Of a stretch of 64,000 bases of DNA, positions 10,182 through 20,111 are shown one piece after another. The position numbers and the translations under genes were made by a program. This stretch comes from Candidatus Planktophila sp. (GTDB lineage: Bacteria; Actinomycetota; Actinomycetes; Nanopelagicales; Nanopelagicaceae): contig JBIILI010000003.1 in assembly GCA_044232745.1 (NCBI GenBank), forward strand, positions 92,259-156,258, in the 5' to 3' direction. Under the pieces are notes generated by a model. The model saw nothing but the letters and a program-made list of their open reading frames with translations. It did not search any database and was not told where the DNA came from. How positions within the stretch are numbered: position 1 is the first letter of the stretch; each line of letters opens with the position of its first letter.

Positions 10182-11384
10182 TTACTGTCCGGTGGCTGTG
10201 GCTTGTGTCTCGCCCTTAGCAAGACGAAGGCGCAATAGATCGCCCTGCTTTAACTTCTTTGGATCGGTGACGATTTGGCCATCGGCTAACTGAACAACTG
10301 AATAGCCGCGATCCAATGTTGCTTGTGGCGACAAAGCCCGCACACGTGCTTTTATTTGCTTCAGCTCTTCTTTGGCCAATTTCAATTGATGGGCAAAGGA
10401 ACGATTTGATCGATCCCGCAGCCCCGCAATTATGTCAGCCCTTGTGGTGATTAAGACATGTGGGTCCTTCATGACGGGGCGATTTCTAAAGTTAGCAATC
10501 TGGTTTGTTTCTAGGCTAATGCGATTTACCAATGTCCGGCGGGCGCGATCTCGCAGCGCTGCGATCATTGCGATCTCTTCGGCAATATCTGGAACAACGC
10601 GCTTAGCCGCATCAGTTGGAGTCGATGCTCGGTAATCAGCAACTAAATCCAAAAGTGGTGCATCTTTTTCATGGCCAATAGCCGAAACAATTGGCGTTGT
10701 ACAAGATGCTGCTAAACGCACCAAACCTTCATCACTAAATGGCAGTAAATCCTCAAAGGAGCCACCGCCGCGGGTAATGATGATGACCTCTACATCCTTA
10801 TTCGCTTCTAATTCGCGCAGCGCATCAGATACTTCACTAACTGCAGCAGCTCCCTGAACAGTTACTTCTCGGATTTCAAATTGAACACTTGGCCAGCGAC
10901 GCTTTGCATTTTCAACAACATCTTTTTCAGCATCGGTGTTTCGACCACAGATCAAACCAATAACTTTTGGAAGCAATGGAAGTGCGACCTTACGATCTGA
11001 ATCAAAGAGCCCTTCACCAGCCAGCAAATTTTTAAGCGCTTCAAGTCGTGCTAATAATTCACCCACACCGACTTGGCGAATTTCACGAGCAGAAAAAGAG
11101 AGCGAACCATTTTTGGTATAGAACGAAGGCTTTGCATATAAAACTACCCGTGCGTTATCGGGCAAAGGCTTGACGGTAGCGATCACCGATTTGTGACACA
11201 TCACCGAAATAGACATGTCCACGGATGTGTCGCGCAGGCGCATAAATGCCATCATCCCGCTGCGTTCATTTAACTCGCTGATTTCGCCTTCGATCCAAAT
11301 AGGACCTAGCCGATCGACATAATCCTTGATCGCTTCAGAGACGACCCGAACCGGGGCGGGGGATTCACTTGAAGTTTCGAACAT
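10182..11384 (-). CDS. xseA: Exodeoxyribonuclease VII large subunit
   Basis: WIEGEIS OB fold, VQG, RGGGS.EDL..F, SAIGHE.D, TPTDAA, LDRGY. Confidence 0.96.
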   Translation of the reverse strand: MFETSSESPAPVRVVSEAIKDYVDRLGPIWIEGEISELNERSGMMAFMRLRDTSVDMSISVMCHKSVIATVKPLPDNARVVLYAKPSFYTKNGSLSFSAREIRQVGVGELLARLEALKNLLAGEGLFDSDRKVALPLLPKVIGLICGRNTDAEKDVVENAKRRWPSVQFEIREVTVQGAAAVSEVSDALRELEANKDVEVIIITRGGGSFEDLLPFSDEGLVRLAASCTTPIVSAIGHEKDAPLLDLVADYRASTPTDAAKRVVPDIAEEIAMIAALRDRARRTLVNRISLETNQIANFRNRPVMKDPHVLITTRADIIAGLRDRSNRSFAHQLKLAKEELKQIKARVRALSPQATLDRGYSVVQLADGQIVTDPKKLKQGDLLRLRLAKGETQATATGQ

Positions 11385-11409
11385 GACATCAGCCTAATAG
11401 ACTGACCCC

Positions 11410-12366
11410 ATGGCTAAGAGAGTTCTACTGGCAGCGCCTCGCGGATATTGCGCAGGGGTGGATCGCGCAGTGATCACTGTTGAAAAAGCTTTGGCCCTCT
11501 ATGGCGCACCGGTGTATGTGCGAAAGCAGATCGTTCACAACGTCCATGTTGTTGCTTCCCTTGAAGCAAAAGGTGCCATCTTTGTCGAAGAAACAGATGA
11601 AGTTCCAGAGGGCAAGACAGTTGTATTTTCCGCCCACGGAGTTTCGCCACTAGTTCACGAACAAGCTGCAGCTCGTAATCTAAAAACTATTGATGCAACC
11701 TGCCCCTTGGTAACCAAGGTGCACCACGAAGTGCGTCGTTTTGCCACAGAGGATTCAGAAATTTTGCTTATCGGTCACCATGGCCACGAAGAGGTCGAAG
11801 GCACCGCCGGTGAAGCCCCAGATCGTGTTCGCATTGTCGATGGCTTAGATGGCGCTCGCACAATTCAACCAACACCTGGCAAGAACTTAGTCTGGTTATC
11901 TCAAACGACTTTATCTGTTGATGAAACTATGGAAGCTGTTGCAATCCTGAAAGAACGCTTTCCAGATATTCAGGCACCGCCAAGTGATGACATTTGTTAT
12001 GCAACACAAAATCGTCAAGAAGCTATCAAGGAAATTGCTCCGCAAGCAGATTTAGTAATTGTTGTGGGCTCCCGTAATTCTAGTAACTCGGTGCGGCTGG
12101 TAGAAGTTGCACTTGAATACGGCGCAAAGGCATCACATCTAGTTGATTATGCCGAAGAAATTCAGGATGAATGGTTTACGGGTGTTGAAACAATTGGCGT
12201 AACAAGTGGAGCATCTGTTCCAGAAATCTTGGTCAAGGATGTTTTAGCAACTTTGCATGAACATGGCTTTAAGGATGTTCAAGAAATCACCGCTGCCGAA
12301 GAATCACTTCTCTTTGCTTTGCCGCCAGAGCTTCGTAAAGATATGAAAGCAGCGGGCCAGGCTTAA
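11410..12366 (+). CDS. ispH: 4-hydroxy-3-methylbut-2-enyl diphosphate reductase
   Basis: [42 protein letters not shown]. Confidence 0.97.
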   Translation: MAKRVLLAAPRGYCAGVDRAVITVEKALALYGAPVYVRKQIVHNVHVVASLEAKGAIFVEETDEVPEGKTVVFSAHGVSPLVHEQAAARNLKTIDATCPLVTKVHHEVRRFATEDSEILLIGHHGHEEVEGTAGEAPDRVRIVDGLDGARTIQPTPGKNLVWLSQTTLSVDETMEAVAILKERFPDIQAPPSDDICYATQNRQEAIKEIAPQADLVIVVGSRNSSNSVRLVEVALEYGAKASHLVDYAEEIQDEWFTGVETIGVTSGASVPEILVKDVLATLHEHGFKDVQEITAAEESLLFALPPELRKDMKAAGQA

Positions 12367-12785
12367 TCCTGCTGTGCAACAGCCTTAGGACGTGAGGGCT
12401 TTGCTTTTGCTTTTTGATTTAAGTACACAAACCAGCCATACACCGCGGCAATAATCAAAAACGGTGCTTCGGATGCAAGAGCGGCAATGAAATCAATGCC
12501 AACCCGTGATGGTCTAAAACCATCCAGCACCATTGTTAGTGCAAGTACGGATCCCGCAAAAGCCAAAGGGGGAGTTACCACGGAAACGTAGGTTGTTCCG
12601 GGGCGACCAAAGCGAAGCGAGCCATATAGAGCCACACAGATTGCGATTCCAGTGAGAACTCCAACACCGGTGCGAATTGTCATTTCAATGAATACAAAGA
12701 AAGCGATGAAGATGGTCTGCAGAATAACGACTCCAGGCTTTTTTAAACCAGGACCTTGAATCTGCATCTTTTGTATTGTGCTCAC
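12363..12785 (-). CDS. DUF6542-like membrane protein
   Basis: Four hydrophobic segments with VVTPPL; usual actinobacterial neighbour of ispH/ychF. Confidence 0.65.
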   Translation of the reverse strand: MSTIQKMQIQGPGLKKPGVVILQTIFIAFFVFIEMTIRTGVGVLTGIAICVALYGSLRFGRPGTTYVSVVTPPLAFAGSVLALTMVLDGFRPSRVGIDFIAALASEAPFLIIAAVYGWFVYLNQKAKAKPSRPKAVAQQD

Positions 12786-13930
12786 TATTCATCTACCTCT
12801 TCTGCATCAATGTAATCATCGCTGCCATCTAGTTCGGCGTTCTTAAGGTCCCGCACAGCGCCAGGTGCCTCAGGATACTCAATTGCTAACTTATCTTTAT
12901 CGCCAGTCACACCCAAGTTATGGATTCTTTTCGCAGGTGCCAAAACTGTCTTTTCAGCAGTTGGCACTAGATCTTCATACGCCTTAGATGTTTGTGAAAT
13001 CGCTTTCCCGACCGCAACAATCTTGGTGTGCAACAGTGTGATGTTCTTTAGGAAAGTACTGGCAACCTTTTGAATCTCATCGGCATTTTCCGCTAACTTG
13101 TTGCGGGTAAAGATGTATCCGATTGTACGAAGTAGCGCCATCATGGAAGTTGGAGTAGCAATAGTTACGCCTACCTTGAAGGACTTTTCAAGCAGCATCG
13201 GATCTAGTCGCAAAGCTTCAGACAATAAAGTTTCAAAGGGAACAAAGAGAACTACAAAATCAGGTGATCCTTGTGATGTGTGATATCCGCGCTTTGCAAG
13301 TGCTTCGACATGCTTGAGTAAATCTTTGGTGTGCTGTTGCAAAAAATGATCGCGCTCTTTTTGATCATCAGTTCCAAAGGCTTCTAGGAAACGCTCAAAG
13401 GGAAATTTTGAGTCAATAAACAATTGCGAACCACCAGGCATATTGACAGTCACATCTGGAATACCTGACGAGTCGGCATCTGTTGTAGAACGTTGCGCGG
13501 TGTACTCATGTCCTTCGCGCAAACCTGCGCCTTGGAGCAACAGCTCTAACTGAGCCTCGCCAAACTTTCCGCGGGTCTGCGAATTTGAAAGCGCTCCTGC
13601 AATTTTCTTAGTTTCATCAAAGATGGATTCGGATGCACGGCGCATTTCTAAAATCGTTGTGTTCAACTTTGCTTCAGCCTCGGTACGAATTCGGTTAGCC
13701 TCATTAGATTGCGTTGTTAACAGTGAAACCGATTCCTTGACCGCCAATAGTTCTGCATTTAACTTAATGGCAGATTCCGTCTTGCCGCGTTCGGCGTCCA
13801 GTTGAACTTTGTAATCTTCAAGGAGCGCCTGATTACCGGCCGAATCCTTGGATTTGAGGGAGGAAAAGAGGTATCCGATCGCAGCTCCTGCGATCAGTCC
13901 TATTAATAAGGTCACTACGTATGCGGGCAT
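12785..13930 (-). CDS. rmuC: DNA recombination protein RmuC
   Basis: N-terminal TM, coiled coil, RGKFGEAQLE, IDSKFP, FVVLFVP.E, IATPT; ATG 13930 lies 6 nt after CACGAT. Confidence 0.93.
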   Translation of the reverse strand: MPAYVVTLLIGLIAGAAIGYLFSSLKSKDSAGNQALLEDYKVQLDAERGKTESAIKLNAELLAVKESVSLLTTQSNEANRIRTEAEAKLNTTILEMRRASESIFDETKKIAGALSNSQTRGKFGEAQLELLLQGAGLREGHEYTAQRSTTDADSSGIPDVTVNMPGGSQLFIDSKFPFERFLEAFGTDDQKERDHFLQQHTKDLLKHVEALAKRGYHTSQGSPDFVVLFVPFETLLSEALRLDPMLLEKSFKVGVTIATPTSMMALLRTIGYIFTRNKLAENADEIQKVASTFLKNITLLHTKIVAVGKAISQTSKAYEDLVPTAEKTVLAPAKRIHNLGVTGDKDKLAIEYPEAPGAVRDLKNAELDGSDDYIDAEEVDE

Positions 13931-13979
13931 GGGCCTATCGTGGCAGGGAGCACTGACAATCCCGCGTAGGCTAAGCCCA

Positions 13980-15053
13980 GTGAGCCTCTCAATCGGAATC
14001 GTCGGACTGCCAAACGTCGGAAAGTCGACCCTGTTTAATGCCTTAACCAAGAACAACGTATTGGCCGCTAACTACCCTTTCGCCACCATCGAGCCCAATG
14101 TGGGAATGGTGGGAGTGCCAGATGATCGTCTAGCCAAACTTGCGAAAGTCTTTGGTTCAGAAAAATTGCTGCCAGCCGTTGTTTCCTTCGTAGATATCGC
14201 CGGAATTGTAAAAGGCGCATCAGAAGGTGCGGGCCTTGGCAACAAGTTCCTGACAAATATCCGTGACACCGATGCGATCTGCCAAGTAATCCGTGTTTTT
14301 AGCGATGGCGATGTTGTTCACGTAGACGGTCGTATTGATCCAGCATCTGACATGGAAACAATAAACACAGAATTAGCGCTCGCCGATTTGCAGACAATCG
14401 AAAAAGCGATTCCTCGTCTTGAAAAAGAGGCACGTGTAGCAAAAGAGAAGGCACCTATTTTAGAAGCGGTGAAGGCTGCTAATGATTGGTTGCAATCTGG
14501 AAAGCCGTTGTCACAAAGTTCAATTGATCGCGAACTCTTGGCCGAACTTCACTTGCTAACTGCAAAACCATTCTTGTATGTATTTAACGTTGATGCTGCC
14601 GAAATTAATGATGTAGATCTAAAGGCCAAGCTGCAGGCACTTGTTGCACCGGCTGAAGCAATTTTCTTGGATGCAAAGACCGAAGCAGAACTTGCAGAAC
14701 TTAGTGATGAAGATGCATTGGAATTATTACAATCAATTGGTCTGACAGAACCAGGTCTTGCAACCTTGGCTCGTGTTGGTTTTGATACTTTGGGCTTGCA
14801 AACATATTTAACAGCCGGCCCAAAAGAAACTCGCGCCTGGACAATTCATAAAGGTGATACCGCGCCTATGGCTGCCGGTGTAATTCACACAGATTTCCAA
14901 AAGGGTTTTATAAAGGCTGAAATTGTTAGCTTTGATGACTTAATGGTTGCAGGCACAATGGTTGAAGCCAAAGCAAAGGGCAAGGTACGAATGGAAGGTA
15001 AGGATTACATCATGCAAGACGGTGATGTAGTCGAATTCCGTTTCAACGTCTAA
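13980..15053 (+). CDS. ychF: Ribosome-binding ATPase YchF
   Basis: GIVGLPNVGKST, ANYPFATIEPN, DIAG, TGS domain; GTG 13980 lies 7 nt after TAGGCT. Confidence 0.97.
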   Translation: MSLSIGIVGLPNVGKSTLFNALTKNNVLAANYPFATIEPNVGMVGVPDDRLAKLAKVFGSEKLLPAVVSFVDIAGIVKGASEGAGLGNKFLTNIRDTDAICQVIRVFSDGDVVHVDGRIDPASDMETINTELALADLQTIEKAIPRLEKEARVAKEKAPILEAVKAANDWLQSGKPLSQSSIDRELLAELHLLTAKPFLYVFNVDAAEINDVDLKAKLQALVAPAEAIFLDAKTEAELAELSDEDALELLQSIGLTEPGLATLARVGFDTLGLQTYLTAGPKETRAWTIHKGDTAPMAAGVIHTDFQKGFIKAEIVSFDDLMVAGTMVEAKAKGKVRMEGKDYIMQDGDVVEFRFNV

Positions 15054-16402
15054 GCGCCGCTGTAGTACTTTCCGATTTCAGCTAAAGATTTATCCAGAAT
15101 TTCCAGACCCAATTTCGCATCTTCTACAGAGATATTGCACGGTGGGCACAAATGAATTCTGTTGAAGTTATTAAATGGCATTAATCCATTTTTCTTACAA
15201 GCAGCAACTAACTCATTCATGGCAGGACTTGATCCACCATACGCAGCAAGTGGTTCGTGTGTTGCACGATCACTGACCAAATCAACGCCCCAGAACACTC
15301 CAGCGCCTCGAATATCGCCAATAACCTTGTGCTTCTTTGCTAATTCAGCAAGGCCAGGACCCAAAATCGTTTCACCAATCATGGTGGCGTTTTCAAGCAT
15401 TTTTTCTTCCTTCATGACATCAATTGTTGCAACCGCAGTTGCACATGCCATTGGGTGACCCATATAGGTGAGCCCACCAGCAAATACTTTGTCATCAAAG
15501 GTATGAGAAATTACATCACTGATTACGACGCCACCTAGTTGGATGTAACCAGAGGTAACTCCCTTTGCAAAGGTGATTAGATCAGGAACAACTGTTGAAT
15601 GTTGGTAGGCAAACCATTTACCGGTGCGACCAAAACCAGACATAACTTCATCAGCGATCCACATAATCTTGTATTTATCGCACAATGCTCGAATACCTTC
15701 CAGATATCCCTTTGGTGGCATCAACACACCCGCGGTCCCCGGAACTGACTCGATTAAGATTGCAGCAATTGTGTTTGGACCTTCAAAGATAATTGTTTGC
15801 TCAAGATGTTCAAGTGCGCGCTTGCACTCTTCTGCTTCATCCTTTGCCCAAAAAGCGGTGCGATACAAATATGGTCCCCAGAAATGCACATGACCAAAGG
15901 CAAACTCATTAGGAAATCTGCGGGGATCGCCAGTTGCATTAATTGCCGCACCTGTATTGCCATGATACGAGCGATACGTTGAAAGAATTTTGTGCTTATG
16001 TGTGTGCATACGGGCCAAGCGAATCGCATTTTCAATCGCATCTGCGCCGCCGTTTGTGAAAAATACCTTTGCGAAATTATCGCCAGCTAATTCAACAATT
16101 CTTTGGGCAGCATCATTTCGAGCCTCATTGGCATGTTGTGGCGCAATTGTTGTTAGAACTTCTGCTTGTGCCTGTATGGCTTTAATAACTGTGGGGTGTT
16201 GATGACCAATATTTGTAAAAACTAACTGCGATGAAAAATCTAAGTAAGTCTTGCCCTCAAAATCCCAGAAGCGCGATCCTGATCCACTTGCAATAGGCAT
16301 TGGCGAAATTGCACCTTGGGCAGACCACGAGTGAAAAACGTATTCGTGGTCTGCAGCGCTAACTGCCGCCTGCTTTGCTGGATCATTAATTGGTGCGCTC
16401 AT
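15050..16402 (-). CDS. Class III PLP aminotransferase (beta-alanine/4-aminobutyrate/taurine:pyruvate type)
   Basis: FFTNGGADAIE, YRSYHG, IADEVMSGFGRTG, TFAKG, GLTY.GHP; start moved to ATG 16402. Confidence 0.9.
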   Translation of the reverse strand: MSAPINDPAKQAAVSAADHEYVFHSWSAQGAISPMPIASGSGSRFWDFEGKTYLDFSSQLVFTNIGHQHPTVIKAIQAQAEVLTTIAPQHANEARNDAAQRIVELAGDNFAKVFFTNGGADAIENAIRLARMHTHKHKILSTYRSYHGNTGAAINATGDPRRFPNEFAFGHVHFWGPYLYRTAFWAKDEAEECKRALEHLEQTIIFEGPNTIAAILIESVPGTAGVLMPPKGYLEGIRALCDKYKIMWIADEVMSGFGRTGKWFAYQHSTVVPDLITFAKGVTSGYIQLGGVVISDVISHTFDDKVFAGGLTYMGHPMACATAVATIDVMKEEKMLENATMIGETILGPGLAELAKKHKVIGDIRGAGVFWGVDLVSDRATHEPLAAYGGSSPAMNELVAACKKNGLMPFNNFNRIHLCPPCNISVEDAKLGLEILDKSLAEIGKYYSGA

Positions 16403-16465
16403 CTGTGTCCTCGAACCCTTGGTAGTTAGTAGCGCCATCATAAACCTCTGAAGTAGATTGCACCT

Positions 16466-17950
16466 ATGACCCAGATAACGCATTGGATTAATGGCGCTCT
16501 TGATACCCACACATCACAGCGCAGTGGCGAAGTTTTTAACCCAGCTACTGGAAAGGTCACCAAAACCGTTGCCTTTGCTGATGCAGCAACAGTGGATCGT
16601 GCTGTAAATGTTGCGACAGAAGCTTTTGCAACATGGCGCCACAGCTCATTAACAAAGCGAACTCAAGTTCTTTTCGCCTTTCGTGAACTAGTGCAGCAGA
16701 ACAAGGAAAAAATGGCTGCACTGATTACTGATGAACACGGAAAAGTATTAAGCGATGCTGCCGGTGAAGTTACGCGTGGCCTTGAAGTTGTTGAGTTTGC
16801 CTGCGGAATCCCACACCTATTAAAGGGTGGATTTTCAGAAGAGGTTTCAACTGGCGTTGATGTGTATTCAATCCGCCAAGCATTAGGACCTGTTGCCATT
16901 ATTTCTCCATTTAACTTTCCAGCGATGGTTCCGATGTGGTTCTTTCCGGTTGCGATTGCCTGCGGAAACACAGTTGTTGTAAAGCCATCTGAAAAAGATC
17001 CATCTGCTGCGATGTTTATGGCGCAGTTATGGAAAGAAGCGGGATTGCCAGATGGCGTATTCAATGTTGTTCACGGCGATAAAGAAGCGGTCGATGCTTT
17101 ACTGACTCACCCAGGGATCAAATCAATTTCATTTGTTGGATCAACACCGATTGCTCGTTATGTCTATGAAACCGGAACTAAATCCGGAAAGCGTGTGCAG
17201 GCGCTAGGTGGAGCAAAAAACCACATGATTGTTTTGCCTGATGCTGACTTAGAACTTGCAGCCGACGCCGCTATTAATGCTGGCTTTGGCTCGGCAGGTG
17301 AGCGCTGTATGGCGATCTCTGCAATCGTTGCAGTTGAACCAATTGCCAGCGCTCTCGTTGCACGAATTAAATCTCGCATGGCAAACATTGTTACTGGCGA
17401 TGGCACCCAAGGTTCTGACATGGGCCCGCTGGTTACAAAAGTTCACCGCGACAAAGTGGCTTCATACATCGATGCTGGAAGCAAAGAAGGTGCAACAGTT
17501 GTAGTCGATGGCCGCACCTTAGAAATTGCCGGAGATGGCTTCTGGCTTGGCCCCACTTTGTTTGACAATGTGACTCCAGAAATGTCTATTTATAAGGATG
17601 AAATCTTTGGTCCAGTCTTAAGCATTATTCGCGTTAACACATATGACGAAGCGCTCAATCTTGTTAACTCACATCAATATGGAAATGGCACTGCAATCTT
17701 TACTAACGATGGCGGCGCAGCTCGTAGATTCCAGAATGAAGTAGAGGTCGGAATGGTGGGCATCAATGTTCCGATTCCCGTTCCAATGGCGTATTACTCA
17801 TTTGGTGGTTGGAAAAACTCATTATTTGGTGATTCTCATGCGCATGGCACCGAAGGTATTCACTTCTTTACGCGCGGCAAAGTTGTTACAAGTCGCTGGT
17901 TAGATCCAAGCCACGGTGGAATCAACTTAGGATTCCCACAAAACGATTAA
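16466..17950 (+). CDS. mmsA: CoA-acylating (methyl)malonate-semialdehyde dehydrogenase
   Basis: PFNFPAMVP, KPSEKDP, FVGST, GGAKNH, GSAGERCMA, EIFGPV. Confidence 0.94.
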   Translation: MTQITHWINGALDTHTSQRSGEVFNPATGKVTKTVAFADAATVDRAVNVATEAFATWRHSSLTKRTQVLFAFRELVQQNKEKMAALITDEHGKVLSDAAGEVTRGLEVVEFACGIPHLLKGGFSEEVSTGVDVYSIRQALGPVAIISPFNFPAMVPMWFFPVAIACGNTVVVKPSEKDPSAAMFMAQLWKEAGLPDGVFNVVHGDKEAVDALLTHPGIKSISFVGSTPIARYVYETGTKSGKRVQALGGAKNHMIVLPDADLELAADAAINAGFGSAGERCMAISAIVAVEPIASALVARIKSRMANIVTGDGTQGSDMGPLVTKVHRDKVASYIDAGSKEGATVVVDGRTLEIAGDGFWLGPTLFDNVTPEMSIYKDEIFGPVLSIIRVNTYDEALNLVNSHQYGNGTAIFTNDGGAARRFQNEVEVGMVGINVPIPVPMAYYSFGGWKNSLFGDSHAHGTEGIHFFTRGKVVTSRWLDPSHGGINLGFPQND

Positions 17951-18010
17951 TTAAGCCTGCGTTAAGGGGCTGATTAGTCCTTATCAAGGGCTAAAAGGTA
18001 AGATTGAGCC

Positions 18011-18052
18011 ATGATGGTCGGTAACTTGGCCTCAGCAATACCAAATCGTTGA
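18011..18052 (+). CDS. Putative leaderless uORF upstream of typA (MMVGNLASAIPNR)
   Basis: TAAGAT (17999-18004) then 6 nt then ATG, the same geometry as many leaderless genes here. Confidence 0.45.
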   Translation: MMVGNLASAIPNR

Positions 18053-18101
18053 TAGAGGCAAGGCCTTATAGAGGGCTGGCTTCCTAAGGAAAGTAGTTTT
18101 C

Positions 18102-20006
18102 GTGGCCAAGATTCAAGAGCATCTCAAAGACCTGCCAGTAAAAAAGCGCGACAACCTACGTAACGTTGCGATCATCGCTCACGTTGACCACGGTAAAACA
18201 ACATTGGTTGATGCGATGTTGTGGCAGTCCGGTGCATTTGCAGCGCACAAGGTTCAGGGCGAAGGCCAAGACCGCATGATGGATTCAATGGATCTAGAAC
18301 GCGAAAAGGGAATTACGATTCTTGCCAAGAACACCGCTGTTAAGCGCGGCGACACAATCGTTAACATTATTGATACACCAGGCCACGCAGACTTCGGTGG
18401 CGAAGTAGAGCGCGGACTCGAAATGGTTGATGGCGTTATTTTGTTAGTTGATGCTTCAGAAGGTCCACTGCCACAAACACGTTTCGTTTTGCGTAAAGCG
18501 CTAGAAAAGAATTTGCCAGTAATTTTGTTGATCAACAAGGTTGACCGTCCCGATTCACGCATCGCCGAAGTTGTTGACGAGGCTTACGAATTGTTCCTTG
18601 ATCTTGGAGCAAATGAAGAGCAGATCGAATTCCCTGTGGTCTATGCATCAGCAAAAGCTGGTCGTGCATCTTTGACTCGTCCATCAGATGGTGGAATGCC
18701 AGAAGAAACAAATCTTGATGTTTTGTTCGACACAATCTTTAGTGCAATTCCGGCTCCTGAGTATCACGAAGGCGCACCATTGCAAGCACACGTTACAAAC
18801 CTTGACTCATCTCCATTCTTGGGTCGTCTTGCACTATGTCGCGTACGCGAAGGTGTTATTAAAAAGGGTCAGAATGTCACGTGGATAAAGACTGATGGCA
18901 CAACAGAGCGCGTAAAGATTTCAGAGCTTTTGATTACTGAAGCACTAGAACGCGTACCAACCCTGGAAGCCCATCCTGGCGACATCATCGCCGTGGCAGG
19001 TATCGACACCATTACATTGGGCGAGACACTAGCTGATAATGAAAATCCACATGCGCTTCCATTAATCATCGTTGATGAACCTTCTATTTCGATGACAATC
19101 GGTATTAATACATCTCCACTTGCGGGCAAGAGCGGCAAACTGCTTACTGCGCGCCAAGTTAAGGGCCGTCTTGATGCCGAACTAGTTGGTAACGTTTCAT
19201 TGCGTGTTCTCAACACTGATCGCCCAGATACATGGGAGGTTCAAGGTCGCGGAGAGCTACAGCTAGCTGTGCTTGTTGAAATCATGAAGCGCGAAGGTTT
19301 CGAACTAACTGTTGGTAAGCCACAGGTAGTTATTAAGAAGATTGATGGCAAGATTCACGAACCGATGGAGCGTTTAACAATTGATGCACCAGAAGAATAT
19401 CTTGGTGTTTTGACTCAGTTGATGGCACTTCGTAAGGGTCGCATGGAGCAAATGGTTAATCACGGAACCGGTTGGATCCGTCTTGATTACAAGGTTCCAT
19501 CACGTGGACTTATTGGTTTCCGTACCGAGTTCTTAACTGAAACTCGCGGTACAGGTTTACTCCACCACGTATTTGATGGTTACGAGCCTTGGTTCGGAGA
19601 CATTCGTACTCGTGCAACTGGATCACTTGTTTCAGACCGCATGGGAACAGTTACTTCATATGCACTTTATGGAACACAAGATCGCGGAACTATTTTCGTA
19701 GAACCAGGCGATGAAGTGTACGAAGGTATGGTTATTGGCGAGAACTCTCGTAACGATGACATGGACGTTAACTGTGTTCGCGAAAAGAAACTTACAAACA
19801 TGCGTGCTTCAGGTACAGATGAATCAGAGCGTTTGATTCCGCCTAAGAAGCTAAACATGGAAGGTGCTCTCGAATTCTGTCGCGAAGATGAGTGCGTCGA
19901 AGTAACACCTGCTGTTGTTCGTATCCGCAAGGTTGTCCTTAATGGCGACGAGCGCGCACGTGCGACTTCACGTCAAAAGAAGGCGAATCTAAACGCCAAT
20001 TCATAA
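18102..20006 (+). CDS. typA: Translational GTPase TypA/BipA
   Basis: AHVDHGKTTL, EREKGITI, DTPGHADFGGEVER, NKVD, GRGELQL. Confidence 0.97.
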   Translation: MAKIQEHLKDLPVKKRDNLRNVAIIAHVDHGKTTLVDAMLWQSGAFAAHKVQGEGQDRMMDSMDLEREKGITILAKNTAVKRGDTIVNIIDTPGHADFGGEVERGLEMVDGVILLVDASEGPLPQTRFVLRKALEKNLPVILLINKVDRPDSRIAEVVDEAYELFLDLGANEEQIEFPVVYASAKAGRASLTRPSDGGMPEETNLDVLFDTIFSAIPAPEYHEGAPLQAHVTNLDSSPFLGRLALCRVREGVIKKGQNVTWIKTDGTTERVKISELLITEALERVPTLEAHPGDIIAVAGIDTITLGETLADNENPHALPLIIVDEPSISMTIGINTSPLAGKSGKLLTARQVKGRLDAELVGNVSLRVLNTDRPDTWEVQGRGELQLAVLVEIMKREGFELTVGKPQVVIKKIDGKIHEPMERLTIDAPEEYLGVLTQLMALRKGRMEQMVNHGTGWIRLDYKVPSRGLIGFRTEFLTETRGTGLLHHVFDGYEPWFGDIRTRATGSLVSDRMGTVTSYALYGTQDRGTIFVEPGDEVYEGMVIGENSRNDDMDVNCVREKKLTNMRASGTDESERLIPPKKLNMEGALEFCREDECVEVTPAVVRIRKVVLNGDERARATSRQKKANLNANS

Positions 20007-20016
20007 CCCTTCAACT

Positions 20017-20056
20017 AAAAAGGCTCGCGTTAATCACTTAACGTGGGCCTTTTTTG
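20017..20056 (+). terminator. Intrinsic terminator after typA
   Basis: AAAAAGGCTCGCGTTAA-TCAC-TTAACGTGGGCC-TTTTTT. Confidence 0.85.
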
Positions 20057-20111
20057 TGCTCCAGCAGTCGCATCCCTAAATTTGTCGGACTCTTCAGGCA
20101 AGATGCTCACT

